The notes under the pieces: model-generated
What the model saw: the letters and a program-made list of their open reading frames with translations, nothing else
The model's database searches: none
What the model was told of the DNA's origin: nothing
Shown: one piece after another, positions 1 to 9,056 of the stretch
Position numbering within the stretch: position 1 is the first letter of the stretch
How the letters are laid out: each line of letters starts with the position of its first letter
From: an uncultured virus (IMG/VR IMGVR_UViG_3300045999_007835)
Taxonomy: Duplodnaviria; Heunggongvirae; Uroviricota; Caudoviricetes
Strand: one strand, 5' to 3'
DNA: 64,000 nt
IMG/VR virus record: IMGVR_UViG_3300045999_007835
Position numbers and translations under genes: made by a program

Positions 1-289
1 AAAGTAGCGGGCGGTGGGTGAGTCTGTGAGTCCGTGAGCCTGCACACGGCAGCGGCAAGTGAGTCCGAGCAACGACAAAATCTAGCGACCTCGCAAGCGA
101 GGCCGGGCAGGGACAACTGTCATCGTGCGGGGGCGATCACGTTTCAAAGTTGTGAAACGCGCGGTTTGTTAACGTTTCTAATGATTAGAAAAACGGACTG
201 AGTCAAGTGCGTTTCAAAATTGTGAAACGCGGGGTTTGTTAACGTTTCTAATGATTAGAAGGAAAACGGGCCAATTTTGACTGTGTAAG

Positions 290-658
<369 letters not shown>

Positions 659-685
659 GTTACTCAGTAAACCTCCCACAACCCC

Positions 686-714
686 TTGACAGCGTCAACT
701 TGACGGAGTACAAT
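686..714 (+). promoter_or_regulatory. sigma70-type early promoter
   Basis: TTGACA-17bp-TACAAT; the spacer contains the palindrome CGTCAA-C-TTGACG. Confidence 0.85.
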
Positions 715-735
715 GGAGGCTGTTGTATGGATGTC

Positions 736-758
736 TTGTTTCTAATCCTTAGATCCTT
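736..758. promoter_or_regulatory. Operator-like site, identical 23-mer to 3149-3171
   Basis: TTGTTTCTAATCCTTAGATCCTT lies between the promoter and a GGAG RBS at both loci. Confidence 0.7.
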
Positions 759-775
759 CCACTTCTGGAGTTGCC

Positions 776-949
776 ATGAAAACCTATGCCCACTTCGATC
801 ACCTGCCCGCCGCTGCCCAATACCTCGGCTCCGATTTCGGAGACGGTTCGATGGATGCATCGCTCGCCGATGCGATCGACCTTGCCGTTGAGCCCGTGCG
901 GCTGCGCGAGCCGGACGGCACGTATTCTTACTTTGATCTCGTTCGCTGA
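776..949 (+). CDS. Small hypothetical early protein (57 aa, MKTYAHFDHLP...)
   Basis: Translated by hand; GGAG RBS, first ORF after the promoter; not in the ORF track. Confidence 0.7.
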   Translation: MKTYAHFDHLPAAAQYLGSDFGDGSMDASLADAIDLAVEPVRLREPDGTYSYFDLVR

Positions 950-959
950 CTTGTCCCTT

Positions 960-974
960 TTCTAATCATTAGAA
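960..974. promoter_or_regulatory. Palindromic operator-like site TTCTAAT-C-ATTAGAA overlapping the RBS of the next gene
   Basis: Same palindrome as at 176-190 and 246-260. Confidence 0.7.
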
Positions 975-983
975 GGAGCCACC

Positions 984-1763
984 ATGTACTACGTCCCCCG
1001 CACCCTGTTCTCAATCGACACCAACGCCAAGACCGTCAAGGGTCAAAAGTACGGAGTCAAAACCGCAGTGCTCTACCTCGCCCCTGCTCGGCTCGCGTTC
1101 GACGCCCTTGGAATCCCGGGCACCCTGTGCCCCATGTCCGAACTCGCCCAATGCGAGGGCCCCTGCCTCAACCGTGCAGGGCGTGGGCAGTTCAACGCTA
1201 TTCAGCAGGCACGGCTGAATAAGACCCTGTACTTCCTATTGGACCGGATTGGGTTCATGCAGCACCTCGCCCGTGAGATCGACATCTTCGTTTACACCAC
1301 ACGCTGTGATGGCTACACCCCCGTGGTGCGGTTGAACGGTACGCAGGACCACCGCTGGGAGAACGAACCCGTAGAGATTGACGGAGTAACGTACCCCAAC
1401 CTCATGAGTCTGTTTCCGGACGTGCAGTTCTACGACTACACGAAGCTGCCCAACCGGCGGAACCTGCCTGCCAACTACGACCTGACCTTCAGTTACTCGG
1501 GGGTGCCCGAGTTCCGCCCGTATGCCGAGCAGGCGCTCGCTGCGGGTATGCGCGTTGCGGTTGTGTTCCGCTCCAAGGCGGAAATCCCTGCCTCGTTTTT
1601 GGGAGTTGAGGTTGTCGACGGTGACGATTCGGACCTGCGCCCGTATGACCCGCAGGGTGTGGTCGTTGCCCTTTATGCCAAGGGACCTGCGAAGAAGGAC
1701 CGCAGTGGGTTTGTGGTGGACGCTGTGCAGGCTGCGCCCGTGCTCTGGCTGAAAGCTGCTTGA
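984..1763 (+). CDS. Gp88-like protein (Cys triad, possible Fe-S/radical-SAM-like)
   Basis: LYLAPA...CPMSELAQCEGPCLN.AGRG, VRLNGTQD, QFYDYTK, NYDLTFS and DGDDSDLR motifs resemble the gene product 88 family; AGGAG RBS. Confidence 0.75.
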   Translation: MYYVPRTLFSIDTNAKTVKGQKYGVKTAVLYLAPARLAFDALGIPGTLCPMSELAQCEGPCLNRAGRGQFNAIQQARLNKTLYFLLDRIGFMQHLAREIDIFVYTTRCDGYTPVVRLNGTQDHRWENEPVEIDGVTYPNLMSLFPDVQFYDYTKLPNRRNLPANYDLTFSYSGVPEFRPYAEQALAAGMRVAVVFRSKAEIPASFLGVEVVDGDDSDLRPYDPQGVVVALYAKGPAKKDRSGFVVDAVQAAPVLWLKAA

Positions 1764-1772
1764 GGGGTAATC

Positions 1773-1862
1773 ATGAGAGAACTAGTCTTGATCGGATTGA
1801 ACGTGCTGGTGCTGACTGTGCTGGCTTGGGTTTGGTTTTTCTTTTTGTGGGGTGTGCTATGA
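1773..1862 (+). CDS. 29-aa single-TM micropeptide (MRELVLIGLNVLVLTVLAWVWFFFLWGVL)
   Basis: GAGGGG RBS; ATGA overlap with the next gene. Confidence 0.6.
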   Translation: MRELVLIGLNVLVLTVLAWVWFFFLWGVL

Positions 1863-2038
1863 GGGGGGACTGGGAGGACGACACGCTATCCGAACGCAGC
1901 CTAGCTGCCTGCGCTGCGCAACTCACGCTGCTCGAGCTTGACTCGGGCGAGTTCTCCGACCTGCTCATGCGGGAGCTGGGGGACCAGCTGACTCAGACCG
2001 AGGCTGCTCATGCTGAGCGGTGGTGGGGGGCCCAATGA
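1859..2038 (+). CDS. Hypothetical protein
   Basis: ATGA-coupled; acidic, protein-like composition. Confidence 0.55.
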   Translation: MRGDWEDDTLSERSLAACAAQLTLLELDSGEFSDLLMRELGDQLTQTEAAHAERWWGAQ

Positions 2039-2057
2039 GAACCAACGGAGAACTGAA

Positions 2058-2243
2058 ATGAACGCCGAGCAGGCTGAGCTGCAGAGGCGAAACCTCGAAA
2101 ACTTCCGCCGGACGATGCTGCAACGGTGGCGGGGGACCCTGCAGGGCAGGGCCTACCCGTGCCGGAACCCGCAGTACTTCAGCATTTATAAGGTTCGGAT
2201 CGATAGCTATCTGGACCAATACCGAAAGGACAAGATGCCATGA
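2058..2243 (+). CDS. Hypothetical protein
   Basis: GGAG RBS before ATG 2058. Confidence 0.6.
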   Translation: MNAEQAELQRRNLENFRRTMLQRWRGTLQGRAYPCRNPQYFSIYKVRIDSYLDQYRKDKMP

Positions 2244-2383
2244 ACCAATGGGCAAGAGTAGTTTGGACGCACCGACAGGTGACTTTGCAATCGTTCGACG
2301 TGGGCGACCGCTCGTTCGAGCGGATCGAACTGTGGATGCACAAGACATACCTGTATCAACTCCGGAGCAAGGGGGAGAAATGA
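2240..2383 (+). CDS. Small hypothetical protein (47 aa, MNQWARVVW...)
   Basis: Translated by hand; ATGA overlaps on both sides. Confidence 0.6.
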   Translation: MNQWARVVWTHRQVTLQSFDVGDRSFERIELWMHKTYLYQLRSKGEK

Positions 2384-2523
2384 GTAATCCCGCAACGTGG
2401 GCACGCGTTGTCTGCACATCGCGCGAGTGGCTGCGCCGAGGGAACCCCACCCTGCGGGGCATCCGCGATCACATGAGGGCGCACAAGAACTACCTCGACA
2501 TCCTGCGGATGGAGGCGAGATGA
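2380..2523 (+). CDS. Small hypothetical protein (47 aa, MSNPATWARVV...)
   Basis: GGAG RBS, ATGA-coupled. Confidence 0.6.
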   Translation: MSNPATWARVVCTSREWLRRGNPTLRGIRDHMRAHKNYLDILRMEAR

Positions 2524-2684
2524 GCCGGATGGATGCGTGGGGGGACGCGCTCGCTTGGGCGCGGGTGCAGAACCGGCGCTTGGGCGTAGGCTCGAGGCCC
2601 GCCCTGCGGGCCTTCCTCCGGTACAAGATGCACCTGTTCACGACGCGCAGGGTGTACCAAGCGGAGCGGGGGAGGAAGCGATGA
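2520..2684 (+). CDS. Small hypothetical protein (MSRMDAW...WARVQ)
   Basis: GGAGG RBS, ATGA-coupled. Confidence 0.6.
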   Translation: MSRMDAWGDALAWARVQNRRLGVGSRPALRAFLRYKMHLFTTRRVYQAERGRKR

Positions 2685-2869
2685 CCGCACTAGACCAATC
2701 ATGGCTGGCACTTGCCGAGGTGTGGGTCAATGTCGTGCGCGGTCGGCGTGTTGACATGCGCAAGCCCTACTCACCCCAGCGGGAGCTGCCCCCCGTAGGG
2801 GAACTGAAAAACCACAAGGTCTCGCTCGACCGAGTGCTCACCATAGGACGACGCGCATGGAGAAGGTAA
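2681..2869 (+). CDS. Small hypothetical protein (MTALDQSW...)
   Basis: GGAGG RBS, ATGA-coupled. Confidence 0.6.
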   Translation: MTALDQSWLALAEVWVNVVRGRRVDMRKPYSPQRELPPVGELKNHKVSLDRVLTIGRRAWRR

Positions 2870-3087
2870 ATCAACCCGAGGAGACAACTGTCATCGCCTC
2901 CTTCCGGAACGTGATCGACCGGCCTGATGATGCGACGCGCCGCGCTTGGCACGTTCATATCAACAACCAATGGAAACGCCACAACTACCGAACCGCTTAC
3001 CCGTTCACCCACAAGCTGACCCCCCTTCAACCCGCTCAACCTCAGCCACCCCCAGCCCAACCCACCCTCATCTCCTTGACAGAGTAA
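2857..3087 (+). CDS. Hypothetical protein
   Basis: Continues the operon; AGGA upstream. Confidence 0.5.
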   Translation: MEKVNQPEETTVIASFRNVIDRPDDATRRAWHVHINNQWKRHNYRTAYPFTHKLTPLQPAQPQPPPAQPTLISLTE

Positions 3088-3104
3088 GCTTTACGTAGTA
3101 TAGT
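3076..3104 (+). promoter_or_regulatory. sigma70-type promoter
   Basis: TTGACA-17bp-TATAGT. Confidence 0.85.
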
Positions 3105-3111
3105 TGAGTCT

Positions 3112-3152
3112 GTTGTGTAGTTCGTTGTGTAGTTCGTTGTGTGATTCGTTGT
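3112..3152. repeat. 12-bp tandem repeat (GTTGTGTAGTTC), about 3.5 copies, in the 5' leader
   Basis: Seen directly. Confidence 0.8.
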
Positions 3153-3182
3153 TTCTAATCCTTAGATCCTTTGGAGTTCACC

Positions 3183-4247
3183 ATGCTGCAAGTCAATTTC
3201 AACCAAGCCCTGACCCTGCTTCGCAACGTTGGCACCACCAACACTCTGATGTTCCTCGGCCAGCCCGGCATCGGTAAGAGCGCACTGCTCGCAACGCTCG
3301 CGGCAGAGATGCCCGACTACCACCCCTGCTATGTGGACTGTGCCAACCTCGACCTCGGCGACCTCGGTATGCCCATGATCGATCGTGACGAGGGCGTCAC
3401 GTCCTACGCTCCCAATGTGCGGTTCGGCCTTGCCCGGTCGCAGACCAAGCCAGTCTTGCTGTTCATGGACGAGTTGACCAAGCCCGCCTCACGTGCGGTG
3501 CTGAATATGTTGCTGCCCGTCATCCTCGAGCGTCGCCTCGGCGACCGCATGCTGCACCCTGCGTCGATCGTATTCGGCGCGGGCAACCTGATGACCGATG
3601 GCGTCGGCGATACGCTGCCTGCCCATGCATGGACCCGCATGACTGTGGCGGACATGCGCAACCCCATGACCGATGAGTGGATCGAGAACTACGCGCTCCC
3701 GATGGGGCTTGCGCCTGAGGTGATCCTCTTCGCCAAAGAAACGCCCGAGATCTTCCAGCGGTACGACGAGCTGCGCGAGAAGCAATCCAACCCGTACATC
3801 TTCAACCCCCGCACGGGCAACACCCGTGCATGCTGCACGCCCCGTACCCTCGCCAAGGCAAGTCCAATCGTGATGATGCGCGACAAGCTGGGAGATGCGC
3901 TGCTGCCGGCCCTTGCCGGGACCATCGGTGAGCCTGCGGCTCGCAAGCTCGAGGCATCCATCGCGCTCAGTAACAAGCTGCCCTCCCTTGCGTCCATCGC
4001 ACGGGACCCGCAGAACGCCAAGCTGCCGGAGGGTGTGGCGCAGTACTTCCTGATGGCGCTCAAGATGGAGCACCAGACCAACGACAAGACCATCGATCCG
4101 TTCGCGACCTACGCCATGCGGTGGGATTCGTTCGAGGCGAGCAACCTCTTCGCCTCTCAGGTCTCGAGCCGCACCCGCAACGCTGGGCTTGTCATCAAGT
4201 CCCGCCCGTTCATGGAACTTGCGACCAAGCTCGGTCGCTACGTTTGA
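3183..4247 (+). CDS. AAA+ ATPase (MoxR/dynein-related type)
   Basis: Walker A GQPGIGKS, Walker B LLFMDE, AGN sensor, TPRT; GGAG RBS. Confidence 0.9.
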   Translation: MLQVNFNQALTLLRNVGTTNTLMFLGQPGIGKSALLATLAAEMPDYHPCYVDCANLDLGDLGMPMIDRDEGVTSYAPNVRFGLARSQTKPVLLFMDELTKPASRAVLNMLLPVILERRLGDRMLHPASIVFGAGNLMTDGVGDTLPAHAWTRMTVADMRNPMTDEWIENYALPMGLAPEVILFAKETPEIFQRYDELREKQSNPYIFNPRTGNTRACCTPRTLAKASPIVMMRDKLGDALLPALAGTIGEPAARKLEASIALSNKLPSLASIARDPQNAKLPEGVAQYFLMALKMEHQTNDKTIDPFATYAMRWDSFEASNLFASQVSSRTRNAGLVIKSRPFMELATKLGRYV

Positions 4248-4256
4248 GGAGTCGTC

Positions 4257-4439
4257 ATGCTAGTGACTGAACGTACCAGCGATGGGCGCACGGTGGTGCG
4301 CCTCCACAAAGATTGGCATCCGGGCCGGCTCGGCTCGCTCTGGGTGCCCCCTCGCAAGAACTACGAAGCATCGTACGACTCAACCACCATCCAGACTGCG
4401 CTACTCAAATCCAAACGGAGCCGTCATGCAACTCGTTGA
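4257..4439 (+). CDS. Hypothetical protein
   Basis: GAGGAG RBS. Confidence 0.7.
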   Translation: MLVTERTSDGRTVVRLHKDWHPGRLGSLWVPPRKNYEASYDSTTIQTALLKSKRSRHATR

Positions 4440-4911
4440 ACTCATCCAGCAACACGGTCATCTCTGGGGCAAGCTGCCCGCCCCACTGCGGGCCTCGATC
4501 GACTCGATCTTCACCAGTGTGCAGACACACCCGATGGCATGGGCCAACGCATGGGACGATCGCTATGTGTTCCTCGGTCAGCGTGAGCAGCAGGGTGCGC
4601 CTCTGGCCCGCACTCGGGATGTGTGGTGGGAGACTGAGACCTCGTCACGGGGCCGCAGGCGTGGCAAGGCATGGGCATCGGTGTGCCATGTGCTGATGTC
4701 GGCGGACCCGCCGCCGGACCTCGAGGATGGTGAGTACGTCTGGGCTGCTGTGATCGACGCTGCGACCGATGCAGTGGGTGCGCTCATTACATACGACGAG
4801 GCGACCGCCTTACTCGAAGCCCCGGTGGACTCTGTTCGGTTTCTAATGTCCTCCGGCAATCCCGTGGCCCTGCTCGTTTACCCCGCTGTGCTTGTGAGGA
4901 ACCCATCATGA
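4426..4911 (+). CDS. Hypothetical protein
   Basis: GGAG RBS at MQLVELIQ; ATGA-coupled to the next gene. Confidence 0.7.
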   Translation: MQLVELIQQHGHLWGKLPAPLRASIDSIFTSVQTHPMAWANAWDDRYVFLGQREQQGAPLARTRDVWWETETSSRGRRRGKAWASVCHVLMSADPPPDLEDGEYVWAAVIDAATDAVGALITYDEATALLEAPVDSVRFLMSSGNPVALLVYPAVLVRNPS

Positions 4912-6089
4912 TCAGTGCTCTTGACCGTGTACGCCGTGCGCACGTTGCCATCATGGGCAACATCGAGTGGTGCGAGTACGGGCCCCTCCTCGCGTTCGGC
5001 AAGACCACCATCACCGATGACATCCCCACCGCTGCGACCGACGGCGTGGACAAGCTGTACAACCCGGAGTTCATCGACACGCTGAGCGATGCCGAGCTTC
5101 GCTTCGTTGTGCTGCATGAGGCGACGCACATTGCCTACCAGCATATGTACACATGGCGGGCGCTGAGCGAGGAGAACGCGATGCTTGCCAACGTGGCGAT
5201 GGACTACTTCGTTAACACGGCGCTCGTCGATACCGACAACGGCAGGAACTTCATCACCATGCCCAAGATCGGCATCCCGCCCGAGCCCAAGTACCGGGGC
5301 TGGACTGTCAAACGGATCTACGAGGACCTCAAGCAGAACGGCAAGGGTGGGGGCGGTGGGGTCAAGTCGTTCGATGTGCACCTGCAGCCTCAGCAGGGCA
5401 GTGGGGCGGGCAGTGCCGAGGATGCAGCCAAGGTCGCCGAGGTTGCCAACGAGATCGAGCGGCTCGTGCGTCAGGGTCAGATCGTCAAGGATCAGCGGCA
5501 GCGCATGGCAGGCACGGGCTCGAGTAACTCTGCGGGTGTGTTCGGCGACATCCTCAACCCCCGTGCTGACTGGCGCAAGGTGCTGCGTGAGTTCATGACC
5601 GAGACCTGCACGGCTCGCGATGAGCCCTCGTGGCGCCGGCCCAACCGACGCTACATGCATGAGGACGTCTATCTGCCTTCGCTCGATGGCGAGGCGATGG
5701 GTGAGCTTGTGATCGGGTTCGACACCTCGGGCTCGTGCTTTGGCACCGACCACATGTCTCGCGTGGTGAGCGAGCTGCAGTCCATCGTCGCAGAGGTCAA
5801 GCCCACGCGCATCGTCGTTGCGTACTGGGACACCAAGGTCGTGGCCTCGCAGGTGTTCGAGTCTGGCACGTTCGACGTGACAGGCGTGAAGCCAGTAGGC
5901 GGCGGGGGTACGGAGGGTGCCTGCCTGTTCGACTGGCTGCGCAAGGAGCGCATCAACCCGCAAGCCATCGTTCAGTTCACCGATGGATGCTTCTCTGACT
6001 GGGGCCGCAGCGCATGGCCCACGATCTGGGCGGTCACCGACAAGGATACGACCGCACCGTATGGCACAACCGTTCACGTGGAGGTTTGA
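4908..6089 (+). CDS. Metallopeptidase (HExxH) plus VWA-like domain protein (DUF2201-type)
   Basis: PTAATDG, VLHEATH, DTSGS MIDAS, GGGGT, FTDG. Confidence 0.9.
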   Translation: MISALDRVRRAHVAIMGNIEWCEYGPLLAFGKTTITDDIPTAATDGVDKLYNPEFIDTLSDAELRFVVLHEATHIAYQHMYTWRALSEENAMLANVAMDYFVNTALVDTDNGRNFITMPKIGIPPEPKYRGWTVKRIYEDLKQNGKGGGGGVKSFDVHLQPQQGSGAGSAEDAAKVAEVANEIERLVRQGQIVKDQRQRMAGTGSSNSAGVFGDILNPRADWRKVLREFMTETCTARDEPSWRRPNRRYMHEDVYLPSLDGEAMGELVIGFDTSGSCFGTDHMSRVVSELQSIVAEVKPTRIVVAYWDTKVVASQVFESGTFDVTGVKPVGGGGTEGACLFDWLRKERINPQAIVQFTDGCFSDWGRSAWPTIWAVTDKDTTAPYGTTVHVEV

Positions 6090-6090
6090 C

Positions 6091-6360
6091 ATGACTGAGT
6101 TCACCCCCGGCCCGCGCTTCATGGTCAGCCTGCAGGACGGCATCCTGCTGACCGCCGATCAGCTCGAGCAGCTCACTCGCATCCTGCGGCACACCGAGCG
6201 CCTCAACACCAAGTACGTCGGCAAATCTGTTGAGGGCGCGAAGGATGGTTACATCAAGGAACTTGTCGATACGCAAATAAATGACTCAATGACGTTGCGC
6301 ATCCTGCCGGAAGAGGACTATACTGCGTATAGGTTCCTCGCCGCGAATGCGTCGGACTGA
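6091..6360 (+). CDS. Hypothetical protein
   Basis: GGAGG RBS. Confidence 0.7.
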   Translation: MTEFTPGPRFMVSLQDGILLTADQLEQLTRILRHTERLNTKYVGKSVEGAKDGYIKELVDTQINDSMTLRILPEEDYTAYRFLAANASD

Positions 6361-6409
6361 TCTAACTATTAGAAACACAGTAACACCCACACTTCATCAG
6401 GAGCTAACC

Positions 6410-7315
6410 ATGAGCACCAACGCCCTTGCAGGTATCGCCCGTTCGTCCCTTCTCGTCGACCTCACGATTAGCACGTACTCAGGTCGCATCCAAGACCGCG
6501 CCACCCGTGACGAGGTCACTGCACGTAAGGGTGCAGGGTCCAAGCGCGCGGCTAGCGTGTACAAGTCGCTCTTCGCTGACTGCCCCGAGCTCGACGCCAT
6601 CACGTCGTTCCAAGGCAAGCTGCGCATCGATCACTACCGCCTCACCAAGCCGTGGTCCGACAGCGGGCTGCGCCTCGTTCCGTACTCGCTCCTCGAGCGC
6701 CACCGTGACCTGATGTACGACGCCGAGCGTGAGTTCTGGAAGCTCGTCGAGGCTTTCCTCGACAAGTTCGAGACGCTGGTTGCAGCTGCTGCGTTCAAGC
6801 TCGGTGCGCTCTTCGATCGCAGTGAGTACCCTACCCGTGAGCAGGTGCGTCGCAAGTTCGGGTTCTACCTGACGTACACGCCGTTGCCCAAGGCAGGCGA
6901 CTTCCGTATCGACATCGAGAACGAAGTGCAGCGCGATCTCATCAAGCAGTTCGACGATGCGATGGTCGAGCGCGAGCGCGTGCTGATGAAGGACTCGTGG
7001 GACCGCCTGCACTCCTCACTCAGTCGGTTCGTTCGCCAGCTCGCACCGCGCGAAGGCAAGCGTGCCCGCATCTTCGACTCGATGATCGGCGATGCTCGTG
7101 ACCTCTGCGATCTGCTCGCTCACTTCAACGTGAACGGTGACCCGGCGCTCGAGCGTGCTCGCAAGCAGCTCGAGGACATGATCGAAGGCGTAACGACTGA
7201 TGCACTACGTACCGAGGAGGACACACGTGCCGCGATCCACAACCAAGCCAAAGCAATCCTTGACGCCTACGAGTGGGGCATGGGCGAAGACACCGAGCTT
7301 GCCGATGCCGCTTGA
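6410..7315 (+). CDS. DUF3150-like protein
   Basis: T.PW.DSG.RL, LG.LF.R.EYP, GDFR.D motifs; usual neighbour of AAA/VWA genes; AGGAG RBS. Confidence 0.65.
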   Translation: MSTNALAGIARSSLLVDLTISTYSGRIQDRATRDEVTARKGAGSKRAASVYKSLFADCPELDAITSFQGKLRIDHYRLTKPWSDSGLRLVPYSLLERHRDLMYDAEREFWKLVEAFLDKFETLVAAAAFKLGALFDRSEYPTREQVRRKFGFYLTYTPLPKAGDFRIDIENEVQRDLIKQFDDAMVERERVLMKDSWDRLHSSLSRFVRQLAPREGKRARIFDSMIGDARDLCDLLAHFNVNGDPALERARKQLEDMIEGVTTDALRTEEDTRAAIHNQAKAILDAYEWGMGEDTELADAA

Positions 7316-7637
7316 GAACCTGCGCTCGTACTCAGAGCAGCTCACCTTGCCGGGTAACCGGCGCATCCGCGCCGGCCCCACTGAGATCGAGTTCCGCTAC
7401 CAAGACAACGGCCTCGAGTTTCACCTGACCGCCTTCTACGAAAACGTAGAGGCGCGGTCCATAGGCTCGGTGTACGAACGTCCGCAGTGGCTAACCGATA
7501 TCGTGACCGTGGGTAAGGTAGGCGGGCACCAGTGGGTGCTTGACCGCCGAGACCCGATGACCGTTCTCTGGTTCATTACCGATTCGCAGTACAACCTGAC
7601 GCAGTTCATTTCAAAAGAAGGAGTTGATCATGCCTAG
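7305..7637 (+). CDS. Hypothetical protein
   Basis: Fills the operon gap; protein-like composition. Confidence 0.6.
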   Translation: MPLENLRSYSEQLTLPGNRRIRAGPTEIEFRYQDNGLEFHLTAFYENVEARSIGSVYERPQWLTDIVTVGKVGGHQWVLDRRDPMTVLWFITDSQYNLTQFISKEGVDHA

Positions 7638-8013
7638 ACGACTGATGAGTAAATCCGCCAAGATCCGCCGAGCGCTTAGCCGCAATCTGTCGCCAGCGTA
7701 TATCGCTGAGCGTTACCAGACTTCGCTCAGTACGGTGTACAACATCAAGTCGCAGATGAAGCGTAAGGCTTCCCTCGAGCAGCCAACGACTATCATCGCT
7801 TCTCCGGAGCCCACCGCGCCGATGGTGGTCGCACCCCTCACGACTGCGCCAGTGGCAGTGCCTGCTGGCGGCATTATCACGCTGAGCGACCCCGCCCCCG
7901 TCCCCCCGGGGGGTATCACCTACGTGGCGCCTACCGCTACACCCACGGCAGTCGTCGAGGAGCGGCCCAACTTGTGGGCGCGGTTCAAGCTCTGGATGTT
8001 CGGTGTGAAATGA
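7630..8013 (+). CDS. N-terminal HTH-like protein with Pro-rich tail
   Basis: SPAYIAERYQTSLSTVYNIK; AGGAG RBS. Confidence 0.65.
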   Translation: MPRRLMSKSAKIRRALSRNLSPAYIAERYQTSLSTVYNIKSQMKRKASLEQPTTIIASPEPTAPMVVAPLTTAPVAVPAGGIITLSDPAPVPPGGITYVAPTATPTAVVEERPNLWARFKLWMFGVK

Positions 8014-8594
8014 AGCTCTACGCAATTATCGGAGGAGATGGATTTGTCTTCGACATTACGACCAACTTACCCGATACACGCAAGAGAGTTCGCTCGGCAG
8101 TTGGTGCACTGGAAGGTTGCACTGTTGCTCAATTCTCCGTCCCACAGGACCTTGCAAACGTCCGAGCTCTCTTCTTCCACACTTTCGGTAAGCGAGTACC
8201 CGTTGTCGCCAACGTGGTCAACGCGTGGTTCGTAACCAAACGGGGCGCGATGCGTCCTATGCCAATCAGTGACTATGAGGGATTTTATGATCGATTACAG
8301 CGAAGGGTACTTGGCGCTCAAAAAGCACCTCGACGACATGTGGAAAGCTACTTTGACCCAAGACTGGCAGACGGCGATGACGTGCTGCCTATCGATTCAG
8401 TCTTTGGCGACCTTGACGTCAATGAAGATGTACGAGGAGATGTTGAGACAACGCTCGAGGGAGGCGAAGTAAATGACATCGACGTACGCGAAGGCGCTGG
8501 GCTACCTGAAGGGCCGGAAGACCCCAGCATCAGCAGAGCAGATAGCTACCCACTTCCTGCTCGACCCGAAAACCATACGGAGGGCGCTCAATGA
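8010..8594 (+). CDS. Hypothetical protein (C-terminal half overlaps two other genes)
   Basis: ATGA-coupled start MKLYAIIG. Confidence 0.5.
   Translation: MKLYAIIGGDGFVFDITTNLPDTRKRVRSAVGALEGCTVAQFSVPQDLANVRALFFHTFGKRVPVVANVVNAWFVTKRGAMRPMPISDYEGFYDRLQRRVLGAQKAPRRHVESYFDPRLADGDDVLPIDSVFGDLDVNEDVRGDVETTLEGGEVNDIDVREGAGLPEGPEDPSISRADSYPLPARPENHTEGAQ
8287..8472 (+). CDS. Hypothetical helical protein (MIDYSEGYLALK...)
   Basis: GAGGGA RBS; TAAATG junction to the next gene. Confidence 0.6.
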   Translation: MIDYSEGYLALKKHLDDMWKATLTQDWQTAMTCCLSIQSLATLTSMKMYEEMLRQRSREAK

Positions 8595-8775
8595 ACTCAA
8601 AGAAGACGGTCTCGCGGACTTCGAGATCAAGCAAGGCGCAAACGGGCGCAACGCCCGTCTCTGGGCCTACCGCCACCCAGTGGCCGTTCCCAACGTGGCC
8701 CCTGAGCCCCGACCGCCCGAGCGAGCAAGCACTCCTCGGCAGTGGTCGGTCTACGATGACCGATCTTACGACTGA
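8473..8775 (+). CDS. Winged-helix DNA-binding protein
   Basis: SAEQIATHFLLDPKTIRRALNELKEDGL; GGAGG RBS. Confidence 0.7.
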   Translation: MTSTYAKALGYLKGRKTPASAEQIATHFLLDPKTIRRALNELKEDGLADFEIKQGANGRNARLWAYRHPVAVPNVAPEPRPPERASTPRQWSVYDDRSYD

Positions 8776-8807
8776 ACTTGGACCCGCACCCTTTTGAAGG
8801 AACCAAC

Positions 8808-9056
8808 ATGAAACCCATCCAACCAAACCAGACTAACACGCCCGCTGATCTCCACGATACGCCAGTCTTCGAGCTGCGCGGCATCACTTACCTGCCGCAC
8901 TATCGGGACAAGGACATCTATGTAGGTCCGGGGTACCCCGTGCACAACATGACCCGCTACTCAGCTTCTGAGCTGATGTTGAAGGGCGCTACGCCTCGCG
9001 TAGCCATGCTGTGGTCACGTGGCACTGGAGGTCGCGTAAGCGATAGCAACCCATGA
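8808..9056 (+). CDS. Hypothetical protein
   Basis: AAGGA RBS. Confidence 0.65.
   Translation: MKPIQPNQTNTPADLHDTPVFELRGITYLPHYRDKDIYVGPGYPVHNMTRYSASELMLKGATPRVAMLWSRGTGGRVSDSNP

Noticed and set aside
4878..6143. 421-aa minus-strand ORF (and similar long antisense ORFs such as 17079-18044 and 60694-62376)
   Set aside because: Antisense shadows of GC3-rich real genes; no motifs or RBS
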